Shown in pieces: positions 14,278 to 26,420 of a stretch of DNA of 64,000 nt. How positions within the stretch are numbered: position 1 is the stretch's first letter; every line of letters begins with the position of its first letter. The translations under genes were made by a program, and so were the position numbers. The notes beneath the pieces are model-generated. The model had not been told where the DNA came from. It saw nothing but the letters and a program-made list of their open reading frames with translations, and did not search any database. The DNA is taken from NCBI RefSeq assembly GCF_009914755.1, contig NC_060945.1. One strand, written 5' to 3'. Source of the DNA: the human T2T-CHM13v2.0 reference genome, Homo sapiens.

Positions 14278-15382
14278 TTCATTTTTATTTAAAAATAGCA
14301 TATTTTATAATAGAAGTCATCTTTCATTCATTATTGCCTCAAATTTTAATCATGCTTTTGAATTCTCACAGAACCCTCAAATTGAAACCACTATCCTTGT
14401 ATCTAATATCATAAACTTATTTTGTCTGAAGAAGTGAAATCAATATAATATTCACACATTTGTGCTAGGCTTCTTTTTTATTCATGACTTTACAAGTGTT
14501 TTAGTATTCTTTCATCAATTTATGGAATTCCATTGTGTAGATATATCAAAATTAATTTGGCTTGGTAATATTTAGTATTCTTTCATCAATGTACAGAATT
14601 CTATTGTGTGGATATATCAAAATTAATTTGACATTATAACATAAAACATTTATTATTTTTGGATTTATATTATTATAAATGTTCTTGCTGTATCTGATGT
14701 CTTTTGGTAATGATAGTTCCAATTCTGTTTTATATATATAAAGTAGCAATAGAATTGCTGTGACATAAGATATATGTCGTTCATTATTTGCAAACAGAGA
14801 CAATTTTTCAAAGTAATTTAACAATTTAAAATTTAAGTCTCCCAAAGCAATATAAGAGGGATCTAGTTGTTCAAAGTCTTACCAACTCATGAATTTCATT
14901 CTATTTTAGCCCTTCCCATATATATATGTATAATGGTAATTTATGGTGGCCTTAATTTGCATAAACACTGATGTATATTGTAAACAGATTTCAATGTTTT
15001 ATAGGCTACTTATTATACACTTTTTAAAGTAACTGTTAAAAGAGTTTGCAATTTTACCGTTGAACTTTCTTTTTCTAATTTATATTTTATTTCTTGTGTA
15101 TATACACTTGTGTGAACAAACACACATATAATTTTAATACAAGTCCTTTGTCTTATATGACTTGTGGATATTTGCCTGACATTTTGGATTTTTATTTTAT
15201 CTTATTTTTGACATTTTTGACAATAATTTTAGTATTTAATGTTCAGATTAAGATCTGTAATTCACCACAAATTGACATTTTTGTATGGTGTACAGTAGGG
15301 TTCTGATTAATTTTTCCATGTATATATCTAATTGACCCAGTACTATTTGTTGAAAAGAATTATATATACATATATATATATA

Positions 15383-15654
<272 letters not shown>

Positions 15655-16799
15655 CCTTGAAGTATCACTTTTATCATAAACTGTGTGGTCATATATTTAT
15701 GGGTTTGTGTTTGGACCTATATTTAACCCTTGAATGAATTATTTTCTGTTTGCCTATCTTTGTTAGATAGTGTATTAGTGTTAAGACAGTGTTAATATGA
15801 TAACATTATAATTATTCTAGAAAATAGCATACTCTTTAGTACTCTGTATTCTCCAGTTTTATTTTCCACCTTAGGTAAGCTTCCCTTTCTATTATAGAAC
15901 CTTTGCACTGCTATGAAAAGATTATAATGTCTTTGTTGAATTTTATACTCAGAACTTACTGAGATGTTGAATGACACTACTGAATATAGAAAAACTGGGT
16001 AGGAGACATAGTTTTTACAGTATTGGCTCAATCAATCCAGGAACAAGGTATATTTAATATTTGCAAAGATTTATTTAATTATTCTCAGTAATGTATTTAA
16101 TTTAATGCATAAAGTTCTAATTTATCTTTTCTTAATATTTTCCCTTTTTGTGTTAGTATTTGATAATGTAAAGGCTGATGTTAATCCAAGTCATATTATT
16201 TTGGAAATAACATTTCTCATATTTTATTGTTAATATATGGAAAAATATTATGTTTAAATTGATTTTATAACCAATTACCTTTCTAGATTTATTTATTAAT
16301 TATAATAGTGCAACTATAGTCTGATTTTCCTACATACACAATTATGTCATTTGGTAATAATGATAGTTTATTTCTTCTTTTCTAATCTTTGCAATTTTTT
16401 TCTCCCCTTTATTTTCAAAGGGGATTAAAACTCCCAACTTGTATGTAGACTGAGATATAGACATGTAGAAATAGTTACAAAAGTCAAAAAGTATGCAGAC
16501 AATAATATGAATACAGGTAATCATGTAAACATGTCAAAAAGTTGTCTGAGTGGCAGAGAATTAAATCAGAACTATATTATTAAGTTAGCAAATTCTCAGA
16601 AATCTGAAATTTTGTATGTAGTTTTCAAAAATAATTTCACATTATTTTTCTTTGAGTGTCTTTTAGTAGGTATAATACCACAACTTGTGGGCTTATTATG
16701 GTCACGCTGTTGAATTAGAGAGTAAATAATTTGTATTCAGTAAAAGAGATCTATATAGAGAGGATGGGTAATGTGAGAATGACATATAAAGATTGTTTG

Positions 16800-18560
16800 A
16801 GGTACAACTATAGAAATATACAAGTAGACCAATACAACAAAATAGTAAGTCTAGAAATAAACCCATATATGTGTAGTCACCTGATTTATGACAAAGATGG
16901 CCAGCTTTTTTTTTTTTTTTCCCAAATGTGATAGTCTTCCAATAGATGGTGCTTGGTTAATTGAATTTGGACAAAAATGATTCTTACTCATAGCATCACA
17001 CTATAAATAAAAATCAATTAAGAACCTTTAGTAGTTTTAAATGTAAACTGTAAAAAAATAAAGCTTTTATAAGAAAACATAGAATACTGTTATGTCTTAG
17101 TAAAGGCTACAATAAAAAGATACCATGGATCGAGTGGTTCAAATAACAAGCATATATTTCTCATAGTTCTGGGAAGATCATAATCAAGGTACCAGCATAT
17201 ACCATTTCTAGTGAGGGCCCTTTTCTTGACTTGCAGAAGCCTGTCTTCTCTTGATATGTTCACATTGCAGAGAGAGACAGAGTAGTAAAGAGAGAGAATG
17301 TTCTAGTCTCTTTCTCTTCTAGGATACTAATCCCATTAGGGCCTCAACCTTCATGACCTCATGTAAGCCTAGTTACATCTCAAAGTTCCTGCAGCCTAAA
17401 ACCATCTCATTAAGGGGTAAGTTTTCAACAAATAAAGGTGAAGGGAGACAAAAGCATGCAGTCCATAACAATTTATGACATTACAGAAGATGAAGGTTTC
17501 TTATTTAGCATGGAAAAAGAGTTTACTATCAAAGAAAAAAACTAAAGATTGCTTTAAAATCGTTAAGTGAAAGTTAAGATTAAAATTAAGAAATTCTTTT
17601 CCTAAAGACACCATTAAGAAAGTAACAAGATAAGAGAGTGAAAGAATACATTTGTGAATATGCATCTGACAAAAGATGTGTATATAATATATGTAAAGGA
17701 ATACTACTTAAAGACATATGACCTAATTTCAAAAAAATAGGAAAAATATTTAAATGGGTACTTTACAAAAATGGATATCTAACAGACCAATAAGCACATT
17801 TGAAAAGTTGCTCAACTTTGTTAACCCCTAGAAATGCAATGTCACCAAGTACTTATCAGAAAATTTAAAATCAAAAAGACTGATGATACTAAGTATTAGC
17901 TAAATTACAGAGCAACTGGGATTCACGTCCATTGTTGATGTAAGTATTAATTGCTACTACCACTTTGAAAAACTGTTCGGTGGTATCCACTTAAATCAAT
18001 ACTAACATTACTAACGACCCAGTAATTTCACTTCTAGGTATATTTGCAACATAAATGGTTATAAATATCAACCAAGACAAATGTTCCACATGTCTGAAGC
18101 AGCATTATTCGTAAGTGTATGAACAAAAATATAGATAGGTATTCTTTTCATCCTTCAACAACTGAAAGAGGAAACAAACACATATTTTTATATCATGAAA
18201 TGCTGAATAGCAATGACAATCAATGACATATATCTGTATGCAATAACATGCATGAACCATAAAAAATTATTATTGAATGAAAGTAGTTGCAAAAGAATAC
18301 ATACACATACACTACTTACATAAATTTCAAAAGCAAGCAGGAATAACCTGTTTGTAGAAATCAAATTATGATTATGTGCTAGTGACTGGAATGAGACAGG
18401 ATTAGTGCTTCTGAGGTTTTGGAAATATTAATGTTGTGTATTTTCGTGTGAGTGTTCATCAAATTGTGTGTTGCCTTTGTGGTAATATATCCAGCTATAC
18501 AAATTATTATATGTACAATTTTCATCATATACATTTTACTTCAGTGTTAATATTACTTTA
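16800..18560 (+). mobile_element. Ancient L1M (L1MC/L1ME) ORF2 3' part and 3'UTR, split by MLT1A
   Basis: ctagaaataaacccatatatg...gatttatgacaaag and cccagtaatttcacttctaggtat motifs. Confidence 0.75.
17093..17470 (-). mobile_element. MLT1A-family MaLR LTR
   Basis: tgtcttagt...tttctcatagttctgg...ttcatgacctca...cagtccataaca. Confidence 0.85.
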
Positions 18561-18979
18561 AATTAATATAAATGATTTTAAAACAAAAACCTATTATGAT
18601 GTTTTAATGATATCTTAGTCATAAAATAATTTTATATAAAATGAACATTTTATAATATCTATTCTGGATTAATTCTCTATTGTGTTCTTTATTTATCTAA
18701 CTGATTGCTGTTCTATATTTCTTTGAGTATCCCTTGTCATGATAAAATTTTTAAAAAATCAATTTGTGGCTAATACATTTTCAGCTTCATTTTGCAGTAG
18801 AAAAGTTGAAGACATAGAATCCAATATATTTCATCACAAGTCACAGTGGATCAGATAAAGTCTGTAAAAATCAGCTTCCAAATGGACAAAAATTTGCCTT
18901 CACAATTAGGATTCATAATTTTCAAAGTACTAAGAAAAACATAATTTAAAATCCTAGAATGAAACTCAAATACATTTCT

Positions 18980-19329
18980 GTGCAGTTATCAGGTGTGGGG
19001 GTGGGACGGATGAGCATTGCCGGTAATTAACACTCCAGGGATAGCATTAAGCTGAAAATGCATTGAAGTTGCTGAAAAACTACCTCTGCTTCCTGGAATC
19101 TGGAGTGGGACAGATCTATGCTGTCTCCCAGAGGTCCCAGTGGAAAAAAAAGGTTCAGTTAACCATAGCAATAAACTGGTCATTACCGTCTTCTTTATTG
19201 GATTTCTTCCTTCCTCTGTCTCACTTTCCCATTCCCTGTTGTTGCTCCCTGAATCCACCTCCTAATTAAGCTTTATACATGACAGCTCTTGTATCAAATA
19301 CTGTTTCTGAAGCCAACCCAATGCAATGC
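18980..19329 (+). mobile_element. LTR16C-like ERVL LTR
   Basis: ctttattggatttcttccttcctctgtctcactttccca...cacctcctaattaagc resembles the LTR16 3' half. Confidence 0.7.
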
Positions 19330-22065
19330 TAAAGCTGGAGAAGAAATAAAACCCATAACAAAACTCACCAGCTTATTTAACAGATGACTGAGATGCTTGG
19401 AAGAATCCTAGGGAGTTTTCTGAGAAATGTTCTGGCCCTACCCACAGTTAGTGTTTTGGCCTGTCTCCTTGCAAATATGCACGGTCATAAATTAGGGCAA
19501 AAAAAAAAAAAAGTTAAGCTCTGCAATTTTATGTTTTCCAAAATAAAACCATTGTTTTGATTAAGCTATACAAAAAGCATGTGTTTTATTTTAATTATAA
19601 TGCAAAATAATTATTTTTCTTACACATTTGTCTTTTTTATGATACAAAATTTTCTGCCATTTTTTTCCCTTTCTCTTTCATTATTTTTGTATAACTGTGA
19701 TAAAATTTGTGGTTTTATAAAACTGTGCTGTTTGTTTTAAAACACCACAAATAAAGTGGGACATAAGTGAACAGATTATAACACTGGAAATAGAAATATA
19801 GAAAATCATTCCATGATTTTGCTAGGATCCAGAATGGAGTCTAATCTTTAACTCTGTCAGTTTATGATTTGCAGTGGCTTTTCCTCAACCACTTTCTCCA
19901 AACAATATTTATGCTTCTTTTGGAGGAAAAATGTGTAGGAATTTGTCATCACCAACTCAAAAGCATGTAGGAAATAACCAGAACAGACATGTAAGCAACA
20001 ACTCAAATATGTTTGCAACACCTTTGCAGCAAAAATGACTTTTTTTTTACACCAGTAACTTCTGTTATTCAACATAAGTTATGTTATGTTGAATAACATA
20101 ACTACTTAGAAGTAGTTATGTAGGTTATGTTGAATAACTTAGAAGTAGTTTACTTCAGTGCTTGCTCATTCAACTATATTGTCCATGAAAGCCATAACAC
20201 CTAATCATAAGCAATAAAAAGCAAAACGACACATAAAGATCCATATAGTTTAGTATCAGGGCAAAAAACAAATTAGAAGCACTACTAATTCCTCTGTGTT
20301 TCCTTCCAATCCACTCTCACTCTCTACCAACTTCTACATTTATGAAATGAGCCTAAACAAGGAACATTCATGACTATTGCCTCAGAAGTCTCAACATATT
20401 TTTTGGTTTATTTATTTCTGTGTGCTACTTGGAGATGTTATAATTGGAATATATCATTACTATAGACGGAACTACTGTGTACAGTTTAGAAAGTTGCATT
20501 TCTATATTAGTTATGGGGGCATTTTCAAAAACATTAATTTGATAAAAAGATTTGAAACAACATCAGAAATAGTGGACAAAAATGGCTAACGTAGAATTTC
20601 TTTCTTTTGCTACGATTCCGGAATGATCCACTTCTAGCTAGTGCCAGCACATCACTCAAAACCATCTGTAATTGATGATATTTTTTCTTTTATTTCTAGT
20701 AAAAACAAAAAAACTTAGAATGAAATAATTTTAGCTGGGAGTAAACTAGCAGTGACATAGAAGACTAAACAATAGCCTTGCGAGTGACATGTTCATAGAA
20801 CTGTAGTTTATGTTCAACATTTGTTGCCTCTAAACTATACCCAACTTATCAGAGAATGCTGAAGAGGAAGCCCTATTTTGTGACTAGGAGGATTATATGG
20901 TATCAGCCTCCTCATGCACATTCTAAATTGCAGTCATCTGAAGTCTGGTAGCAAGATGTTCCATCTCAACTGAGGCCCTACAGCATTAAAAATAACGTTT
21001 TCACAAATGTCTAATGATTACCTGAGACAATGTTGGCTTTGTCCCAAAAGTCTCCCATTAGAATTTGCTTAGCCTCTATATAGTATGTAGATACGCCACA
21101 GGCTCTGCACTTTCTCTACTGAGTCAGAGGGGCAAAATGGCTGAGAGGGATACACAGAAGGAAAGCTCTCTCCACTCTGCCTGACTGAAAAGTCACTTTC
21201 AAATGAACTGCTTCATGGTAACCCACAATTTCCTATTCTCCACATCATTTCAGCATACCGTAAATGTAATTGAAATAATTTTCTTTGTTATATTCAGAAG
21301 GTTGACATCCTTTTGGCATGGATCTAGAGAGCTGTCACATGCCTGTGGCAGGTTTTTTGTATTTTGTTTTTGTCCCTGTCATGTGAACGCAAACTATTCT
21401 TTGTTTATTCGCATAAGGGAAAAGAGACATTCAAGATTAATTGCTGGTTATCTGATTCCAGTGACTGAATTGCTTTGATCTAGGTATAAAAAGATATCTG
21501 TAAAAACAACTATAATTGGGTGCTGGAAACATCATCATCTATGCATCTTTCTAATATTTAATAATGGCTCTGATACCACCAATACACACATAGACAAACA
21601 CACACACAGACCTGATGTTGTTTGTAATTTATTCTTTAGGCAAGCAGGAGAAATTCCAGTGATTTTTACCGAACTCTATCTATCAAAATAGTTAAGTCCT
21701 ACTTCATGGTTCACGGTCTGGAAGAATAAACGCGGGGACTAGTATAGTCCTTTTAGTGAAAAATGGGTTTATCACCAGACACGTACATCTCTGCGCGTTA
21801 GCCCTGGTTAGCATCTTGGGTCCCTGAAATTGGCATTATTATTTGGTATATTTTTAAAGATTCACCAATAATAATGATTTTTTACAGCATAATTATACAG
21901 GTAAATACTCAAAGGTCAGAGGTGGGAAGAAATGGAGGAGTGATCAGACTATATACATAGAGTGATACAGCACAGATAGTCTACAATGTTGCAATGTGAA
22001 GGGACACTGAAGATTAGAACTGACTCATTTTGGAAAATTCGCAGGTGGCTGTTATACTGTAAATC

Positions 22066-22281
22066 CAACAGTGACAAATGTTAACCTATGGACCAAATCT
22101 AGTTCTATGCCTGTTTTAAAAATAAAGTTTTATTGGAGCACATTCAGTCATTTACAAATGATCTAAAGTTGTTTTTATACTACAATAGCAGAATTGAGTA
22201 ATTTTGATATATATCACATGGCCCCCACAGAGCCCAAAATGTCCACCATCTAGCCTGTACAAAAAAGTTGTGGTGAGCTTG
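22066..22281 (+). mobile_element. MER58A hAT-Charlie MITE
   Basis: ccaaatctag...aataaagttttattggagcac...gcagaattgagta...acaaaaaagttg. Confidence 0.85.
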
Positions 22282-22843
22282 AGACTGAATAGTTAGCTGA
22301 AATTATACTTCCCTTACCAGCTATAGATTCTCTTTATATAAACTGAATTGTATTTTACTGGCTCTATCAGTTTAATATCTATATACCTACTTATTATACA
22401 TAGCAAGGGATCTCTATGAAATATACCAATATTTTTCTAATTCACCTCATCCTAAGAAACTGCTGGGAAAACATATATTTCTAAGTTCACCATGGAATAT
22501 CCTGATGTAGCATTTCTGCTAAATTCTATGAATATTTTCACAAGAGCCACAAGTAATGATTATGAGAACTATGGGAAGGCAATAGAAGACCATTTGCAGG
22601 TAACTGCTTATTAAGTTTGCCTTGCCGTTATGTATGTTGACCATAATTATGCCAATTCAGGTTTTGGTGGCTAAATGTTCTCAATTAGGATCTACCATCT
22701 TATGATGCTCCTAATCCCACTGAATTCAGTAGGTTTATTTCACTTATGTTCTCCAGAAGAAAATCTCTGAGATTATCATTTCACCAAAATCTGACAGACA
22801 TACTTGTCAGGAAAATATATAACTCCTCCACACGTGCTGTAGC

Positions 22844-22845
<2 letters not shown>

Positions 22846-22878
<33 letters not shown>
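22846..22878. repeat. (GT)n microsatellite
   Basis: Directly visible, uninterrupted. Confidence 0.95.
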
Positions 22879-22881
<3 letters not shown>

Positions 22882-23109
22882 AAATGTGCAAAGGTTGCCA
22901 AAGATATTCCTGTTGCCAAAATTATTCCTGTTTCTAAATCCACTGAACTTTCCTGTCCATTACCAACTTGAATTCTCAACAGTACTGAATACATTTATAG
23001 GGATAAAATAATACCATACAACTTCTCATTATTTTAGTCCATAAAATTTAAACCCAAGTCCTATTGGTTACATCTCCGTATGTCTATTAAACCTGGTTAT
23101 TCTATCAAA

Positions 23110-23480
23110 TCAATTTACCGTCACTCTAATCTAAGTCATTATCATCCCTTTCTTCCAAATTAATACAGTTGTTTCACTCTTGTTTACCTGTGAGATGCTC
23201 AGGTGTAGCCAAAATCTTCCTTTCTAAATAAATACTGATTAATTTTATATATTTGTGTATAATTTCCTAATGGACTTCCATTGTACCTGGGATAACATCC
23301 AAACTCCTTAGTATGACTTGAAAGTTCTTTCAAGATTTAGCTCCTATTTTTCAGTCTCATTGTCTATCACTCTCCCTCTTGTTCAATCATCATATATACA
23401 ATACTGTCTCTCAGACAAAAACTAAAGACATAATGTTCCATCTGCCTAGAATACTCTTCTCATGTTTTCCTTCCACTACA
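23110..23480 (+). mobile_element. L2 fragment
   Basis: aatggacttccattgtacctgggataacatccaaactccttag L2-like core. Confidence 0.6.
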
Positions 23481-23544
23481 TTCATTTGACTTACTTGTTG
23501 CTTGAGACATGCTAAAATAGGTGTGTAAATAAGAGAACTCTGCT

Positions 23545-23956
23545 TGACACAGTGGGGATCTGTGTCCCCACCCAAATCTCATGTCGAATTGTAATCCCCA
23601 ATGTTGGAGGTGGGGCCTGGTGGGAGGTGATTGGATCACGGAAGTGGTTTCTCATGGTTTAATACCATCCCTCTTGCTGCTGTTGTGGCGATAGTGAGTT
23701 CTCATGAGATCTGCTTGTTTAAAAGTGTGTAGTACCTCCTCCCTCTCTTTTCTTCCCCCTGCTCCTCCTAGGTAAGACGACTTACTCTCTCTTTGCCTTC
23801 CGCCATGATTAAAAGCTCCCTGAGGCCTCTCCAGAAGCAGAAGTCGCCATGCTTCCTGTATAGCCTGTGGAACCATGAGCGAATTAAATCTCTTTTCTTT
23901 ATAAATTACCCAGTTTCAGGTATCTCTTTATAGCAGTGCAAGAATAGATGAATACA
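23545..23956 (+). mobile_element. MSTA MaLR solo LTR
   Basis: TG...CA; cccacccaaatctcatgtcgaattgtaatcccc; perfect 5-bp TSD ctgct (23540-23544, 23957-23961). Confidence 0.93.
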
Positions 23957-25039
23957 CTGCTGTAATGTCAATTATATTGGAAATGACTTATTCAGTACCA
24001 CAAACTCTATGAGACATGAGAACTTACTTGCTCACATGAATCTGGATAATTACCAGAACAAAGCAGGTAATAATGTATGTGTGTTAATAGGATATCTTTT
24101 CCCTCTAACATCTTACTTTTTACCAACTTATTAAAGCCTTGAAGTTAAACTTATTAAAATATAACCTACGAAGATTCAAGTATTCCCCATTGACCAACTT
24201 GTTTAAGAATTTTAGAAACTGAACTCTGATCTATTTAAAATGAGTTAATTAGATTTTAAAATTTTCTTACTATTTAACTACTATAATGTTTAAAAAATAT
24301 TGGTGTTCCCAATATTTTAATAACTTATTTGATATAAAATAATTCTTTAAACTAGAGATATAATCACAAGTTCAGACAATTTGTAGCTACTTGGATCGAC
24401 AAATTTCATAGTTACAACTGGGAGCTGATAAAGTTTTGTAATAAATATTATAAAAACACACGTATGAATCCAAATAAGAGACAGCACAAAAATAATGCTA
24501 ATACCATAAGCCTAGTAAGTCTCATTTCTTTTTCTGCATCCAAGGCCTGAAATTATGAGGTTCACATGCAAGACACACTCTCATGTCAAAGAGATTACGG
24601 CAGAAAAATCACTATAGAATTTTATATTGCAACCAACTATTTACTATATTTTTAAGTCATTCTGTATAGCTGTAACATTCAAACTCTAGATGTTAGTTGA
24701 CACCAAATTCCCAGTTAAAGCCATTTCCTCTCCAACTTAATAAAAGGTAATAGAAAGCAATTAAGAATAACATTATTTGAAAAAATTATATATATGTTCT
24801 TTTTCATGAATAAGTTTTGTATAAATTGCATCACTCTGCTTATCATTACAAATAAATTACTTGCTATAATCTTACAAATGATGGTGACAACGAAATGTAC
24901 CAGGAAACCTACAGGTTAATCTACAATTTAAAAGGTATATTTTGCTTATGCATTTCTTTTCCTGACAACTTTCCAACTAGATTGTTTTCAGAGAAAATTC
25001 TTGTGTGAGAATATGTAGTCAAAGATAACAATCCCTATG

Positions 25040-25413
25040 TGCTATGAACTGGGTGTTTTACATCCCTCAAATGTATATGTTGAAGCCCTAACCCTTAATG
25101 GGAAGGTATTTGGAAGTGGGGCCTTTGGAAAGTAATTAGGCCTAGATGATACCATGAGGGTGGGATCCCATGCTGTAACTGGTGTGCTTATAAGAAAAGG
25201 AACAGACATCAGAGCTCTCTTTCTTTCTGCCATGATGTCAGGACACAAAGAGAATGTAGCCATTTGCAAGCCAGAAAAAAAGTCTTCATCAGAAACCAAA
25301 TGATCCAGCACCATGATGGTGGACTTTGCCTTCTCCAAATTTATGAGAAATAAATGCCTGTAAGTCACCCAGGCTGTGGTATTTTGTTACAACAACCACA
25401 GCAGACTAAGACT
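25040..25413 (+). mobile_element. MLT1A0-like MaLR LTR
   Basis: tgctatg...tatgttgaagccctaacc...gagaaataaatg...gactaagac. Confidence 0.88.
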
Positions 25414-25505
25414 CTTATAATGATATGTAATGTTTAAAGAAAAATGGGGTGGGCAATTGTTCAGAAGATAGAAGAAGAGAAATGAAGGACAGTATAGTAT
25501 ATTCC

Positions 25506-25790
25506 AGCTGGGCATGGTGGTTTATGCCTGCAATCCCAGCACTTTGGGAGGCTGAGGCAGGAGGATTAGTTGAGCTCAGGAGTTAGAGACCGGCCTGGGC
25601 AAAATGGTGGAACCCCATCTCTACAAAAATACGAAAATTAGCCAGTGTCGTGGGGCATGCCTGTAGTCCCAGCTACTCAGGAGGCTGAGGTGGAAGGATC
25701 TTGGGCCTGGGAGGTGGAGGCTGCAATGAGCCATAATCACACCACTGCACTCAAGCCTGGGCAACAGAACAAGACCCTGTCTCAAAAGGG
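25506..25790 (+). mobile_element. AluJ with GA-rich tail (to ~25886)
   Basis: AluJ features gaggattagttgagctcagg, gaggctgcaatgagcc, gaccctgtctc. Confidence 0.92.
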
Positions 25791-26116
25791 AAAAAAAGAG
25801 AGAGAGAGAGAGAAGGAAGGAAAGAAGGAAGGAAGGGAGGGAGGGAGGGCAGAGAGAAAGAAGGAAGGGAGGAAGGAAGGAAGGAAGATATTTTTCAGAA
25901 GCATCGATATGTTAACTGATTTGTCTTGATGATTACAATTTTGTTCATAAGGAAGGATCTCAGTTCCTCCCAAATTCTCTCCTACTTATCTTCTGAACTC
26001 AAACCACAGTGGTTTCTGAGGCAGAACCCAATAACACTTTCAGTTCATCCCAGTCACCTATTGCTACCTCATTTGTAGCCTTTCGGATCAATTATGAAAA
26101 TATTAATACTTAGGGA

Positions 26117-26420
26117 GGCGAGGCACAGTTGCTAACACCTGTAATCCCAGCACTTTGGGAAGCTAAGGCGGGAGAATCAGTTGAGCCCAGAAGTTTGAGA
26201 CCAGCCTGGGCAGCATAGTGAGACTCTGTCCCTACAAAAAAATAAACAAAATTAGGCGAGTGTGGTGGCACACCTATAGTCCTAACTATTCTGCAGGCTG
26301 AGGTGGGAGGATTGCTCACGCCACGGAGGTCAAGGCTGCGGTGAGCCATGATTGCACCACTGCACTCCAGCCTGAGTGACAGAGTGAGACACTGTTCCAA
26401 AAACGAAATAAATAAAATGT
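26117..26420 (+). mobile_element. AluJo-like
   Basis: gagcccagaagtttgagaccagcctgggcagcatag; gtcaaggctgcggtgagccatgatt. Confidence 0.92.

Noticed and set aside
22893-22932. 18-bp tandem duplication (similar small ones at 30743-30769 and 37078-37107)
   Set aside because: Ordinary slippage micro-duplications common in neutral DNA
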